Assembly: GCA_965215605.1 (NCBI GenBank)
Contig: OZ244070.1
Span: 2,112,001 to 2,176,000, forward strand
From: an uncultured Candidatus Binatia bacterium
GTDB taxonomy: Bacteria; Desulfobacterota; Binatia; UBA9968; JAJDTQ01
Reading direction: 5' to 3'
DNA: 64,000 nt
The position numbers were made by a program, and so were the translations under genes. Position 1 is the stretch's first letter. The number at the start of each line of letters is the position of its first letter. The notes below the pieces were generated by a model, which saw only the letters and a list, made by a program, of their open reading frames with translations, was not told the origin of the DNA and searched no databases. Below, piece by piece: positions 8,726-18,620 of this stretch.

Positions 8726-9760
8726 ATGTTCAGTCGAATCTTACGTGCCGTCATGGTTTCGGCGCTTTTCCTTACGTTGGTTCCGTCGCTTGCCATGGGA
8801 GCGGACGACTTCTTCAAGGGCAAGACCATTCGTTTCGTGGTCGGTTTCTCTCCGGGCGGCGGTTTCGATACCTACACCCGGCTAATTGCCCGCCATTTCG
8901 GCAAAAATGTCCCCGGGAACCCCAGAACGGTGGTCCAGAACCGGACCGGCGCCGGCAGCATGATCGCCGCCAACTACATCTACGCCAAGGCCAAGCCGGA
9001 CGGCCTGACCATCGGCAACTGGATCGGCCCGCTGGTGCTGCAGCACGTGCTCGGCAAGAAGGGCATCAAGTTCGACGGGCGCAAGTTCAACTGGCTGGGT
9101 GTCCCGTCTACCGACGACAACACCTGTGCGCTCACCAAGGCCAGCGGCATCAGCAACGTCAAGGACTGGCTCAACTCCAAGAGGCCGATCAAGATCGGCG
9201 CCACCGGTCCTGGCTCGACCACCGATGACGTGCCCAAGCTGATCAAGGCCGCGACGGACCTGCCGATGCAGGTCATCGAGGGTTACGGCGGTACCGCCCT
9301 CATAAGGCTGGCGGCGGAAAAGGGCGAGATCGACGGCGGCTGCTGGGCGTGGCAGTCCATCAAGCCGACCTGGAGCCAGGGTATCGAAAGCGGCAACGTC
9401 AAGCCGGTCCTCCAGGTGGGTCCCGAAAAGCACGCTGACCTCAAGGACGTGGGGGTGGCATTCGACTTGGCCAAGGGTGACACCGGCAAGAAGCTGTTGG
9501 GGGTGGCCGCTGACGTCTACCGTGCCCTGTCGCGGCCCTACAGCCTGCCGCCCGGAGTGCCCGCGGACCGGGTCAAGACGCTCCAGAAGGCCTTCACGGA
9601 TACCCTGAAGGACCCCGAGCTGGTCGCCGCCGCCAAGAAGTCGAAGGTGGAGTTGAACCCGCAGGACGGCAACTGGGTGGCGAAGAAGATGCAGGGGCTC
9701 TACGATATGGACGACGCCACGTTGACCCTGCTGAAGAAGACCCTGTTGCCGAAGAAGTAG
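8726..9760 (+). CDS. tctC: Tripartite tricarboxylate transporter substrate-binding protein (TctC/Bug)
   Basis: Signal peptide, VGFSPGGGFDTYTR, VQNRTGAGS, AKPDGLTI, PPGVPADRV. Confidence 0.9.
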   Translation: MFSRILRAVMVSALFLTLVPSLAMGADDFFKGKTIRFVVGFSPGGGFDTYTRLIARHFGKNVPGNPRTVVQNRTGAGSMIAANYIYAKAKPDGLTIGNWIGPLVLQHVLGKKGIKFDGRKFNWLGVPSTDDNTCALTKASGISNVKDWLNSKRPIKIGATGPGSTTDDVPKLIKAATDLPMQVIEGYGGTALIRLAAEKGEIDGGCWAWQSIKPTWSQGIESGNVKPVLQVGPEKHADLKDVGVAFDLAKGDTGKKLLGVAADVYRALSRPYSLPPGVPADRVKTLQKAFTDTLKDPELVAAAKKSKVELNPQDGNWVAKKMQGLYDMDDATLTLLKKTLLPKK

Positions 9761-9984
9761 TTGTGTCTTGGATGGAGGAGATCGTTTCCCGGCAGCGCTC
9801 AGGCGTGATCCGGGCAACGGTTCCCTCCATGTGCCGGATTGGGCGGCTTTGGCGGACTGCCGTCAAGGCCGCCCTGCCGGAGGGCACGCGGGTTGTCTTG
9901 TGTGATTTTCTTCCGATCCATCCGGATCGGTTGCCCGGCCACTCCCTTTCCGGGCTCACCCCTTTTCACTGAAAGTCAGGGATC

Positions 9985-12006
9985 ATGGGCGAAATGGTTC
10001 AGGCCTTCGGGGCCGGCCTAGCACAGGTTTTCACGGCGACCACTTTCACGCTCATGATACTGGGTATCGTGATCGGCTTCGCCGTGGGCATACTGCCCGG
10101 GCTCGGCGGGCCGGTCACGCTGGCGCTGATGCTGCCGTTCATCTTCAAGATGGAGGCGGTGGAAGCGTTTGCCTTCCTTTTGGGCATGTCCGCCGTCACG
10201 GCCACTACGGGAGACATCACCTCCATCCTTTTCGGCATTCCCGGGGAGGCCATTACCGCGTCCACCATCGTCGACGGCCATCCCATGGCCAAGAAGGGGG
10301 AAGCCGGCCGTGCCCTCGGCGCCTCGCTCATGAGCTCCCTCATCGGCGCCGTCTTCGGCGCCTTCGCGCTGGCCCTCGCCATTCCCATCGTCCGTCCGTT
10401 GGTGCTCGCCATCGGTTCCCCGGAGTTCTTCATGCTGGCGCTCCTTGGGGTCACCTTCCTGGCCTCGCTTAGCGGCGAGGCCGTCATCAGGGGGCTCACC
10501 GCCGCCGCCCTGGGGCTCATGCTCGCCACCGTGGGGCTCGACCCCATCTCCGGCATCGAGCGCTTCACCTTCGACAACCTCTATTTATGGGACGGCATCA
10601 AGCTGGTCCCCGTGACCCTCGGCCTGTTCGCCATTCCCGAGGTCATCGAGCTCTGGGTCAAGGGGTCCAGCATCGCGGAGGAGAAGGTCGAGAAGCTGGG
10701 CGGTGTCATGGAGGGCGTCAAGGACACGTTCCGCCACTGGGGCTTGGTGCTGCGCTGCAGCGCCATCGGCACCTACATCGGGGTCATTCCGGGCATGGGC
10801 GGCGCGGTTTCCCAGTGGGTGGCCTACGCTCACGCGGTCCAGACCTCGCCCGACAAGGAGCGCTTCGGCAAGGGGGCGGTGGAAGGCGTCCTGGGTCCGG
10901 GGGCGGCCAACAACTCGAACCTCGGCGGCGCGCTGGTGCCCACCATCGCCTTCGGCGTCCCGGGCAGCGTCACCATGGCCATCCTGCTGGGGGCGTTCAT
11001 CATCCAGGGTCTCGTGCCGGGACCGCCGATGCTGGAGCCCGCCAGTCGGGGAGGGCACCTCGACCTCACGTTCTCGTTCGTGTGGATCGTGGTGGTCTCG
11101 AACATCATCACCGTCTCCGTCTGCTTCATCTTCCTCAAGCAACTGGCGCGTATCACCGAGGTGCGCGGCAGCCTGGTGCTGCCGTTCCTGGTGGTGCTCA
11201 TCTACCTGGGCGGTTTCGCCCAGAACAACGCCTTCGAGGACCTCATCGTGGTGCTGGCCTTCGGTCTGGCGGGCTGGGTCATGGTGCAGCTCGACTGGCC
11301 GCGCCCGCCGCTCCTGCTGGGGTTGGTGCTGGGCTCGCTGGCGGAGAAGAACCTGTTCCTGGCCACGGACAACTACGGCTGGGCATGGGTCGGCTTCCCG
11401 GGCGTACTGGTCATCGGGTCGATCATCCTGGCGGGCATTCTTTATCCGGTCTATCAGCGGCGTCGGGATGCGAAACGGAAACCCGCCGGAGACGTCCCCG
11501 TCGCCGTACCGGAGTTGGAACCTGCTGCCGAGGGCCCAAAGCTTGTCAACGTCTGGCACATCGTCTTCACGGCGGTGCTCCTGGCAGGTTTCGCATGGGG
11601 CGTGTGGGAGGCGAGGGGTTGGGGCTTCCGCGCCAGCCTGTTCCCCTGGGTCATCGGTTTTCCCGGCATCCTGCTCACCCTGGCGCAGATGGAGATCGAC
11701 GTCGCCGGACTTCTGAAGCAACGGAAGGCGCAAGCGCGCGTAGAAGGCGTGAACCCGGTGGTCGCAGGGCGGACGCTGTCCATCGTGGGCTGGATCCTCG
11801 GCTTCTTCGCTTCCATCTGGCTGCTCGGCTTCTCCATCACGGTGCCTCTTTGCACCTTCCTCTTCCTCAAGGTGGGGGCCGGAGAGAAGTGGTTCATCAG
11901 CGTCTTGTTGACGTTGATCGCATGGGCCGGCTTCTACTTGGTCTTCGACTACTCGTTGAGCCTTCCGTTCCCGCCTGGAAGCCTCATCGAGATGTTCACG
12001 GGCTGA
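9985..12006 (+). CDS. tctA: TTT permease, TctA fused to a C-terminal TctB-like domain
   Basis: GILPGLGG, SILFGIPG, DGHPMAKKGEAGRAL, AANNS, FGVPGS, then four extra TM segments ending LPFPPG. Confidence 0.9.
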   Translation: MGEMVQAFGAGLAQVFTATTFTLMILGIVIGFAVGILPGLGGPVTLALMLPFIFKMEAVEAFAFLLGMSAVTATTGDITSILFGIPGEAITASTIVDGHPMAKKGEAGRALGASLMSSLIGAVFGAFALALAIPIVRPLVLAIGSPEFFMLALLGVTFLASLSGEAVIRGLTAAALGLMLATVGLDPISGIERFTFDNLYLWDGIKLVPVTLGLFAIPEVIELWVKGSSIAEEKVEKLGGVMEGVKDTFRHWGLVLRCSAIGTYIGVIPGMGGAVSQWVAYAHAVQTSPDKERFGKGAVEGVLGPGAANNSNLGGALVPTIAFGVPGSVTMAILLGAFIIQGLVPGPPMLEPASRGGHLDLTFSFVWIVVVSNIITVSVCFIFLKQLARITEVRGSLVLPFLVVLIYLGGFAQNNAFEDLIVVLAFGLAGWVMVQLDWPRPPLLLGLVLGSLAEKNLFLATDNYGWAWVGFPGVLVIGSIILAGILYPVYQRRRDAKRKPAGDVPVAVPELEPAAEGPKLVNVWHIVFTAVLLAGFAWGVWEARGWGFRASLFPWVIGFPGILLTLAQMEIDVAGLLKQRKAQARVEGVNPVVAGRTLSIVGWILGFFASIWLLGFSITVPLCTFLFLKVGAGEKWFISVLLTLIAWAGFYLVFDYSLSLPFPPGSLIEMFTG

Positions 12007-12101
12007 CGCCGCCACGATTGACAGTGGCCGAGGGATGGGACTAGGTTAGGCGTTCAGCCTCGGCAGGCCGCCGTCCGCGCTCGCAAAGGAGATCAATCCG
12101 C

Positions 12102-13244
12102 ATGAAAGTCTACAACTTCGACCTTTTGGCCTATCCGGAGGTCCCCGAGGACGTCCCCGGGACCCCCGTGCCGAGCACCTATTTCGATCCGCCGGTGGGC
12201 TCGCGCAACTACCAGGAGCACCTGGAGGAGATGGCCTATTGCGAGGAGCTGGGGTTCGAGGGCGTAGTCTTCAACGAGCATCACTACAGCGCCTACGGCA
12301 CCATGCCGTCGCCCAACCTCATTGCCGCGGCCCTGAGCCAGAAAACCAAACGCATCAAGATCGGCGTCCTCGGCAACATCCTGCCGCTGCGGCAGCACCC
12401 CGTTCGGGTGGCCGAGGAATACGCCATGCTCGACTGCCTGTCCCAGGGGCGCCTGATCGCGGGATTCGTCCGGGGGATTCCCTCCGAGTACCTTTGGTAC
12501 AACGTCAAGCCCCAGGAGTCCCGGGGGCGGTTCGGGGAAGCCTTCGACGTCATCATGACCGCCTGGACCGAACCGGTCTGGAGCTACGAGGGCGAGTTCT
12601 TCCAGTTCGAGAACTGCGCCATCTGGCCGCGTCCGGTGCAGCAGCCGCACCCGCCCATCTGGGTAGCGGCCCGCAGCGCCGAGTCCATCGAATGGTGCGT
12701 CAAGCGCAAGATCCCCATCGCGCAGGTGTACCAGACCAACAACCAGATCGAGGACACTTTCAACTACTACCGCAAGGTGGCCAAGGAAGACGGCTGGGAG
12801 AGCGGCCCCGACAAGTTCGTCCTCTGCCGTCACATCTTCGTGGGCGAGACCGACGCGCAGGCCCAGGCCATTGCGGAGCCGCCGTTGCGGTATTTCTTCA
12901 CGTTGTGGAATCGCGGCTTCAACGAAGCCAAGACGGACGTCGCCATCGATCAGCGCAAGGTCAAGGAAGCCATGGTCAGCGACAGGTCTTCCAGCTACTT
13001 CCGCCCGGGCAACGATGAGCGGGTGAACTTCCATCCCATGAGCTGGGAGCAGCTCATCGACACCGGGTTCGTCATCGCCGGCAGCCCGGATACCGTGGCG
13101 CGGCAGGTCAACCAGCAGATGAGCCAGATCGGCGCCGACCATTTCATGGGCATGTTCCACATTGGCAACCTGGCTCACGACAAGGTCATCGACTCCCTGA
13201 ACCTCTTCCACAAGGAGGTCATGCCGCGGCTGAACGGCGCCTGA
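12102..13244 (+). CDS. LLM-class flavin-dependent oxidoreductase
   Basis: FNEHH, PSPNL, VAEEYAMLDCLSQGRL, WPRPVQQPHPPIW, AGSPDTV, EVMP. Confidence 0.9.
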   Translation: MKVYNFDLLAYPEVPEDVPGTPVPSTYFDPPVGSRNYQEHLEEMAYCEELGFEGVVFNEHHYSAYGTMPSPNLIAAALSQKTKRIKIGVLGNILPLRQHPVRVAEEYAMLDCLSQGRLIAGFVRGIPSEYLWYNVKPQESRGRFGEAFDVIMTAWTEPVWSYEGEFFQFENCAIWPRPVQQPHPPIWVAARSAESIEWCVKRKIPIAQVYQTNNQIEDTFNYYRKVAKEDGWESGPDKFVLCRHIFVGETDAQAQAIAEPPLRYFFTLWNRGFNEAKTDVAIDQRKVKEAMVSDRSSSYFRPGNDERVNFHPMSWEQLIDTGFVIAGSPDTVARQVNQQMSQIGADHFMGMFHIGNLAHDKVIDSLNLFHKEVMPRLNGA

Positions 13245-13313
13245 GCCACGGCAGCCCCGCGCATCCCTGAACGCTTGCCGTCGGGGCAGCGCGCCGGACG
13301 GATCATCCTGCCG

Positions 13314-14360
13314 ATGCTTTTCACCCGTATCGTCGCGACAGTCCTGTTGCTGGCCTTGGCGGTCGTCGCCGGCGGCGAGGCGTCCGCGCAGCAGGGCACC
13401 CTGACCTTTGTGGTCGGCGCCGGAGCCGGAAGCGTCTTCGACCGCACCACCCGTACCTTTGCCAAACACATCGTCCGCCATCTTCCGGACCGTCCGAAGG
13501 CCACGGTCAGGAACATGGTGGGAAGCGGCGGCAGCGTGGCGGCGGAGTACCTCTACCGCGAAGCCAAGCCCGACGGACGGACGGTGGGCAACTGGGCGGG
13601 CGACCTCATCTACAACCAGTTATTCGGCGGCAAGGGCGTGCAGCTCGACACGCGGCGGTTCGCTTGGGTGGGCGCGGTTTCGACCCTGCATCCGGTGTGC
13701 ATCCTGACCAAGACGAGCGGAATCGGCGATCTGGCAGCGTGGAGCGGCGCCAAGAGGTCCGTCAAGCTGGGAGGCATCGGCGGCAACGAGGCCGCCACCA
13801 ACATGTCACGGGTGCTGGGCGCCACCCTGGGCCTGCCCGTCAAGCTCATCAACGGCTACAAAGGCCCGGTCAACGTGCGTCTGGCTGCCGGCAACCAGGA
13901 AGTGGAAGGTGGTTGCTGGTACTGGCAGGCGGTCAAGCAGGCGTGGCGGAAGCAACTCGCGGCCAGAGAAGCGCAGGTCGTGCTGCAGGCCATGACCAAG
14001 CCGCATCCGGAGTTGCCGTCGGTACCCAACGCCCTGGATCTGGTCAAGTCCGAGGACGCGCGCCTGCTTCTCATGTACGGGGTCCACGACCCGGCGAAGC
14101 TGGCGCGCGCCTATTCCCTTCCGCCCGGGACGCCCGAGGCGAGGGTGACGGCGCTCCGCAAGGCGTTTGCCGACGCCGTGGCAGACCCGGCTTTCGTGGC
14201 CGAGGCCGACAGCCAGGGGCTGGAAGTCCGCCCCCTGGGCGGCGCGGAAATCGAAAAGACCGTGAAGGGCCTGTTCGCGCTGGATCCGAAGTTCATCGTG
14301 CAGCTCCGCAATCTGCTCTTCCCCGAAAAGCCCGCCGCCGACACGCGCGCCGCGAAGTAG
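13314..14360 (+). CDS. Second TctC/Bug-family substrate-binding protein
   Basis: Signal peptide, VRNMVGSGG, AKPDGRT, HPELPSVP, PPGTPEARV. Confidence 0.85.
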   Translation: MLFTRIVATVLLLALAVVAGGEASAQQGTLTFVVGAGAGSVFDRTTRTFAKHIVRHLPDRPKATVRNMVGSGGSVAAEYLYREAKPDGRTVGNWAGDLIYNQLFGGKGVQLDTRRFAWVGAVSTLHPVCILTKTSGIGDLAAWSGAKRSVKLGGIGGNEAATNMSRVLGATLGLPVKLINGYKGPVNVRLAAGNQEVEGGCWYWQAVKQAWRKQLAAREAQVVLQAMTKPHPELPSVPNALDLVKSEDARLLLMYGVHDPAKLARAYSLPPGTPEARVTALRKAFADAVADPAFVAEADSQGLEVRPLGGAEIEKTVKGLFALDPKFIVQLRNLLFPEKPAADTRAAK

Positions 14361-14369
14361 GGACGGGTT

Positions 14370-14837
14370 TCAAGCCTGCGCCTGCCCGTCCTTGCCGCGG
14401 ATCAAGCGTTTCACCGTGTATTCCATGACCGTCTCGCCGCGCTGGTTCTTCACCAGGTGCCGGCAGCGGACGATGCCCGCGTTGCGGGACTTGGTCCGGC
14501 GGCTTTCCAGCACCTCGATCTCGACGCCGATGGTGTCGCCGACCTTGACCGGCCGGAACAGCCGCATCTCCTCCAGGCCCACGAACGCCAGGCCCGTGCC
14601 GTGGATCATGCCGGTCTGAGTGGTCAGCCCCTCGGCCAGCGCGAAGGTCAGGCTTCCGGGCGCGATGCGCCCGCCGTACTCGGTTTGGTCCCGCATGTAC
14701 TCGGCATCGTTGAACAGGGGCTCGATGAGACCGGACAGATTGACGAACTGGACCACGTCGGTCTCCGTCACGGTGCGGCGGGCGGTCCGGTGGACGTCGC
14801 CCGGTCGAAACTCCTCGAAGGTCATCCCTTGTTGCAT
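14370..14837 (-). CDS. MaoC-family hot-dog dehydratase
   Basis: RTVTETDVVQF, RIAPG, FRPVKVGDTI, NQRGETV. Confidence 0.85.
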   Translation of the reverse strand: MQQGMTFEEFRPGDVHRTARRTVTETDVVQFVNLSGLIEPLFNDAEYMRDQTEYGGRIAPGSLTFALAEGLTTQTGMIHGTGLAFVGLEEMRLFRPVKVGDTIGVEIEVLESRRTKSRNAGIVRCRHLVKNQRGETVMEYTVKRLIRGKDGQAQA

Positions 14838-14870
14838 CGCTGATTTTCCTCGCCGCGGCGAAACGCCCGG

Positions 14871-16085
14871 TCACCCCGGGCGCCGACCGAGGGTTCCCCG
14901 GCTCCGAAGCGCGACGATGGCCTCGTCGTCCAGCTCCAGCCATTCCTTCAGCACCTGCTCGTTGTGCTCCCCCAGGAGCGGCGGCGGGAGCCGGACGGAG
15001 GCCGGGGTTCCGGAGAATTTCACCGGCAACCCCGCCATGCGCACCTTCCCGGCCGTCGGGTGATCGATTTCCCGCAGCATTCCCGTTGCCAGCACCTGGG
15101 GGGACTCGAACACCTCCCGGATGTTCTGGACCGGGGAGCACGGGACGCCCGTGCGGTTCAGGATCTCGATCCATTCGTGGCGCGGGCGCGCGCCGAACAT
15201 CTCGCCCAGGATTGCAAGGAGCTCGTCACGGTTCTCCACCCGGTGGGCATTGGTGTCGAACCGGGGGTCCGCCGCCAACTCCGTCTTGCCGACACCGTCG
15301 CAGAACCGCGCCCAGATCGCCTCATTGGCGACGGCGACGACGAGATGGCCGTCCGCCGTTGCGAAGCTTTGGTAGGGCACGATGTTGGGATGGGCGTTGC
15401 CCCAGCGTCCGGGCACCTCGCCGGTTACCAGGTAGTTGCTCCCGGCATTGATCAGGCTGGCTACCTCCGCCTCCATGAGCGAAGTCTCGATCCGTTGCCC
15501 CTCGCCCGTATTCTCCCGCGCATAGAGGGCCGCGGCGATGGATTGGCCCAGCATGAGGCCGGCGACGATGTCGACGATGGCGACGCCCACCTTCGTCGGC
15601 TCGCCGTCCGCCGGACCGGTGATGCTCATCAGGCCGCCCCAGGCCTGGATGGCCACATCGTATCCCGGCCGTTCCTTCAGCGGTCCGCTGGAGCCGAAGG
15701 CCGAGAGCGACGCGTAGATGAGCCCGGGGTTCCGGCGCCGGATCTCCGCCTCGGACAGGCCCCAGCCCGCCAGCGTGCCGGGCCGGAAGTTCTCCATCAA
15801 CACGTCCGCCTCCAGGGCCAGCCGGCCCAGCATCTCGATGCCGTCCGGAGTCCTGAGATCCAGGGTGACGCTCCGCTTGTTGCGGTTGACGCAAAGGAAG
15901 TACGCGCTCTCGCCGCCCTGGAACGGCGGTCCCCAGCTTCGCGTGTCGTCGCCCCTGCCGGGCTCCTCGATCTTGACGACCTCCGCGCCCAGGTCGCCCA
16001 GAAACATGGTGCAGTAGGGGCCCGCCAGCACCCGCGACAGGTCCAGCACCCGGACCCCGTGCAGCGGGCCGTTGGCCGCGCTCAT
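14871..16085 (-). CDS. Class III CoA-transferase (CaiB/BaiF)
   Basis: VLDLSRVLAGP, GDDTR, NRNKRS, ENFRPG, PGYD, PPLLGEHN. Confidence 0.92.
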   Translation of the reverse strand: MSAANGPLHGVRVLDLSRVLAGPYCTMFLGDLGAEVVKIEEPGRGDDTRSWGPPFQGGESAYFLCVNRNKRSVTLDLRTPDGIEMLGRLALEADVLMENFRPGTLAGWGLSEAEIRRRNPGLIYASLSAFGSSGPLKERPGYDVAIQAWGGLMSITGPADGEPTKVGVAIVDIVAGLMLGQSIAAALYARENTGEGQRIETSLMEAEVASLINAGSNYLVTGEVPGRWGNAHPNIVPYQSFATADGHLVVAVANEAIWARFCDGVGKTELAADPRFDTNAHRVENRDELLAILGEMFGARPRHEWIEILNRTGVPCSPVQNIREVFESPQVLATGMLREIDHPTAGKVRMAGLPVKFSGTPASVRLPPPLLGEHNEQVLKEWLELDDEAIVALRSRGTLGRRPG

Positions 16086-16456
16086 TTGAACTCGATGCCC
16101 TGCTCGCGCAGGATCTCGTCCAGCGTCTCCGCCCCGAGCCAGAGCCCGGGCATGCCCCCGGGTATCGCCGACACCTCCACCGCCTCCAGCACCTGCCGGG
16201 GCGTGGCGCCGAGCTTGAGCGCCCGCTCGCTGTGAAGCCGCACCCCCCGGGGGCGGTTCAGGGCGCAGGTGATGCCCACCATGATCAGCTCCTTGGTCTT
16301 CCGATCGAGAGCCCCCTCCCGTCCGAAGGTTCCGTCGACGAAGAGCCCCGTAAGGTGCCGCGAATATTCCGGGTCCAGCTCGGCGATGATGTCATAGGCC
16401 CTGTTGGTGGCCCCGAGCGATACGTCCTCGAAGGCCTTGCGCGCGTCGTCCGCCAT
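16082..16456 (-). CDS. Carboxymuconolactone decarboxylase (CMD/AhpD) family protein
   Basis: LDRKTKELI…H…ALKLGAT; AAGGAG RBS. Confidence 0.8.
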   Translation of the reverse strand: MADDARKAFEDVSLGATNRAYDIIAELDPEYSRHLTGLFVDGTFGREGALDRKTKELIMVGITCALNRPRGVRLHSERALKLGATPRQVLEAVEVSAIPGGMPGLWLGAETLDEILREQGIEFK

Positions 16457-16656
16457 GTCCAGTCTCCTTTCGGAATCGAGCCGGTGCGTGTCCGTGAGGC
16501 GAAGTGTTTGTTGCGTGTTTCCTTGTAACAGTACGTGCACCCGCGGCAAAGAGTCGCCCGTGGATCAAAGCCTTGGGCAATCAGGAAAGCACTCAATTGA
16601 CACCGTCTGGACCGCCCGTTAGTGTGAGGCAGCCTGAGCGCGGAGGAATCATCGCC

Positions 16657-17325
16657 ATGACCGGAAGGGAATTCGTCGAATCGCTGTGGAGCCGATACCA
16701 CGATGAGTTGGAGGGGCCGGTCATCGCCATCCGCAAGGCGCTGGCGGAGCTGGACCCGCGGACCGCTGAGTTCGTCGGCCTGATGCAGCGGCAGGCCAAG
16801 AAGGAGCTGGCGCACGGGGTGGCGTTCACCAAGGCGCTGCTGCAATACGGCGAGTTGGAGCCCCACGAGCGCGCCCACGTGGCGGAGCAGGCGGCCGACG
16901 AGTACAGGCACTATGCCTTGATCAAGGACTACCTCGACAGCCGCGGCGCCGCCGACGATATCCCCGCCGAGGCCTACGACGGCTACTTCGGGCAGTTCCT
17001 GACCGGCGACGTGCGGGCGTTCCGGCTATGCAACATCGCCGAGAAGTCCGCGGTGGTGTTCATGCAGCACCTGCGGGACGCCACTCCCGATCCGGTGGTG
17101 CGGCAACTCGCCAAGGACATCGTGGACGACGAGGAAGGCCACGAGGACATGGTCATGGAAAAGCTCGCCCGCTTTGCCGAGGACGATGGCAACCGCGAGT
17201 TCCTCGAGAACATGTTCGTCCAGAGCTGGGCCAGCCAGAAGGAAGGCGTGATCCGCGAAGGCCGGGAGCTGGGCGTCGACGTCGACGGCATCCTCCGCCG
17301 GTTCGAAGCTCCGGCCGGGGGCTAG
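16657..17325 (+). CDS. Ferritin-like (diiron-carboxylate) protein
   Basis: Two ExxH motifs (DEYRH, DEEGH) with intervening AEK; GGAGG RBS. Confidence 0.7.
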   Translation: MTGREFVESLWSRYHDELEGPVIAIRKALAELDPRTAEFVGLMQRQAKKELAHGVAFTKALLQYGELEPHERAHVAEQAADEYRHYALIKDYLDSRGAADDIPAEAYDGYFGQFLTGDVRAFRLCNIAEKSAVVFMQHLRDATPDPVVRQLAKDIVDDEEGHEDMVMEKLARFAEDDGNREFLENMFVQSWASQKEGVIREGRELGVDVDGILRRFEAPAGG

Positions 17326-17337
17326 TGTCCTGCCGGG

Positions 17338-17365
17338 GCAGGGGCGACCGGCCGGTCGCCCCTGC
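17338..17365. repeat. Perfect 28-bp palindrome (REP-like or bidirectional terminator) between convergent genes
   Basis: GCAGGGGCGACCGG|CCGGTCGCCCCTGC. Confidence 0.7.
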
Positions 17366-17388
17366 GGGTTCTCATTACGGCCGCGGCT

Positions 17389-18336
17389 TCAATGCCAGAA
17401 GCCGTGACGCCGCACCACCTCCATGTAGTCCGCGATCCCTTCTTCCAGGGAATACTGGGGCTTGTAGCCGAGGATCCGTTCCGACGCGGACAGGTCCACT
17501 CGGGGGCGCGCCTTCTTCTTGCCGGCCCCCGGGGCCAGCTTGACGTCCCGGCCCGGCAGCAGCCGGTCCAGCGCCCGGAGGAAGTCCGCGGGGCCGTAGT
17601 TCTTGCCGGCGCCCAGGTGGAAGGCTTTGCCGGGCGCGTCCTTGGCGGTGCAGGCCAGGGCGATGCCGCGGCCGACGTCCGCGGCGTAGACGAAATCGTT
17701 GGGTCCCACGTGCCGGTCCTCGAGTTCGATGGGGCCGTCGCCCGTGCACGCGCGCACCAGGTCGTTCATGGCGATGCCGCCGCCGGAGCCGCCGCGATAG
17801 TGACCCGGGCCGTAGACGCCGGTGGGCCGCATGCGGACGCACTCCATGCCGTAGTAGTTCTCGTACGCGTCCAGCAGCACTTCGTTGGCCACCTTGGTGG
17901 CGGGGTAGAACCGGTTGCCCCAGCGCGGGGCGTCCTCCCTGACCGGCCCCTTGCGGATCTGGTTCCAGTCGTAGACGCCGAACGTGCTGAGGTGCACCAG
18001 CCGCTTGATCCGGGAGATCTGGCAGGCCTCGAAGACGTTCACGGACCCCACGGTGTTGGTCTGGAAGCCGCGATAGGGCGGGCTTTCCACCTGGCCGCCG
18101 ATGAAACCGGCGGTGTGCACCAACACGTCGGGCTTGGCCTGGGCCAAGGCGCGAAGCAGATTGGGCAAATCCAGCAGATCGCCGCGCGACGTCGTCAGAC
18201 GCTTCTTCCCGGCGATGGCCGCGACGTAGTCCGGGTCGGGACTGAGGTCGTAGAGGTGAACGCTGTGTCCTTTCCGCGTGAGCTCCCTGGCCGTGTGGCA
18301 TCCGAGCATTCCGGCTCCGGTGATGAAAATCCGCAT
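17389..18336 (-). CDS. NAD-dependent epimerase/dehydratase (extended SDR)
   Basis: ITGAGMLG, YPATK (YxxxK), VYGPG, DFVYAADV. Confidence 0.88.
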   Translation of the reverse strand: MRIFITGAGMLGCHTARELTRKGHSVHLYDLSPDPDYVAAIAGKKRLTTSRGDLLDLPNLLRALAQAKPDVLVHTAGFIGGQVESPPYRGFQTNTVGSVNVFEACQISRIKRLVHLSTFGVYDWNQIRKGPVREDAPRWGNRFYPATKVANEVLLDAYENYYGMECVRMRPTGVYGPGHYRGGSGGGIAMNDLVRACTGDGPIELEDRHVGPNDFVYAADVGRGIALACTAKDAPGKAFHLGAGKNYGPADFLRALDRLLPGRDVKLAPGAGKKKARPRVDLSASERILGYKPQYSLEEGIADYMEVVRRHGFWH

Positions 18337-18620
18337 GAAGTCCTCCTGTTGGTTGTTGGATCGGCTGTGACAGGCCCGGTTTGATGCCCGCGGGCGCTCC
18401 GAGGTACCCGGCCGCGAAACCGTGAAATCTGTCACAGCCGGCGTTAAACCGTCAAGCACGCTCCAGGCGCGGACTTGCGTTCGCACCCGGGTCGAGGCCC
18501 GTGCAAACCTGCCCGAGGGTTGCCGGAAACCGTGCGTGGCAGGCCCTCCGCGGGCACGAAGTTATTGTTGACCTGCCCTGGGGCGCGGTATATTCTTGCT
18601 GCCAGCGAGGAAGAGGGACG

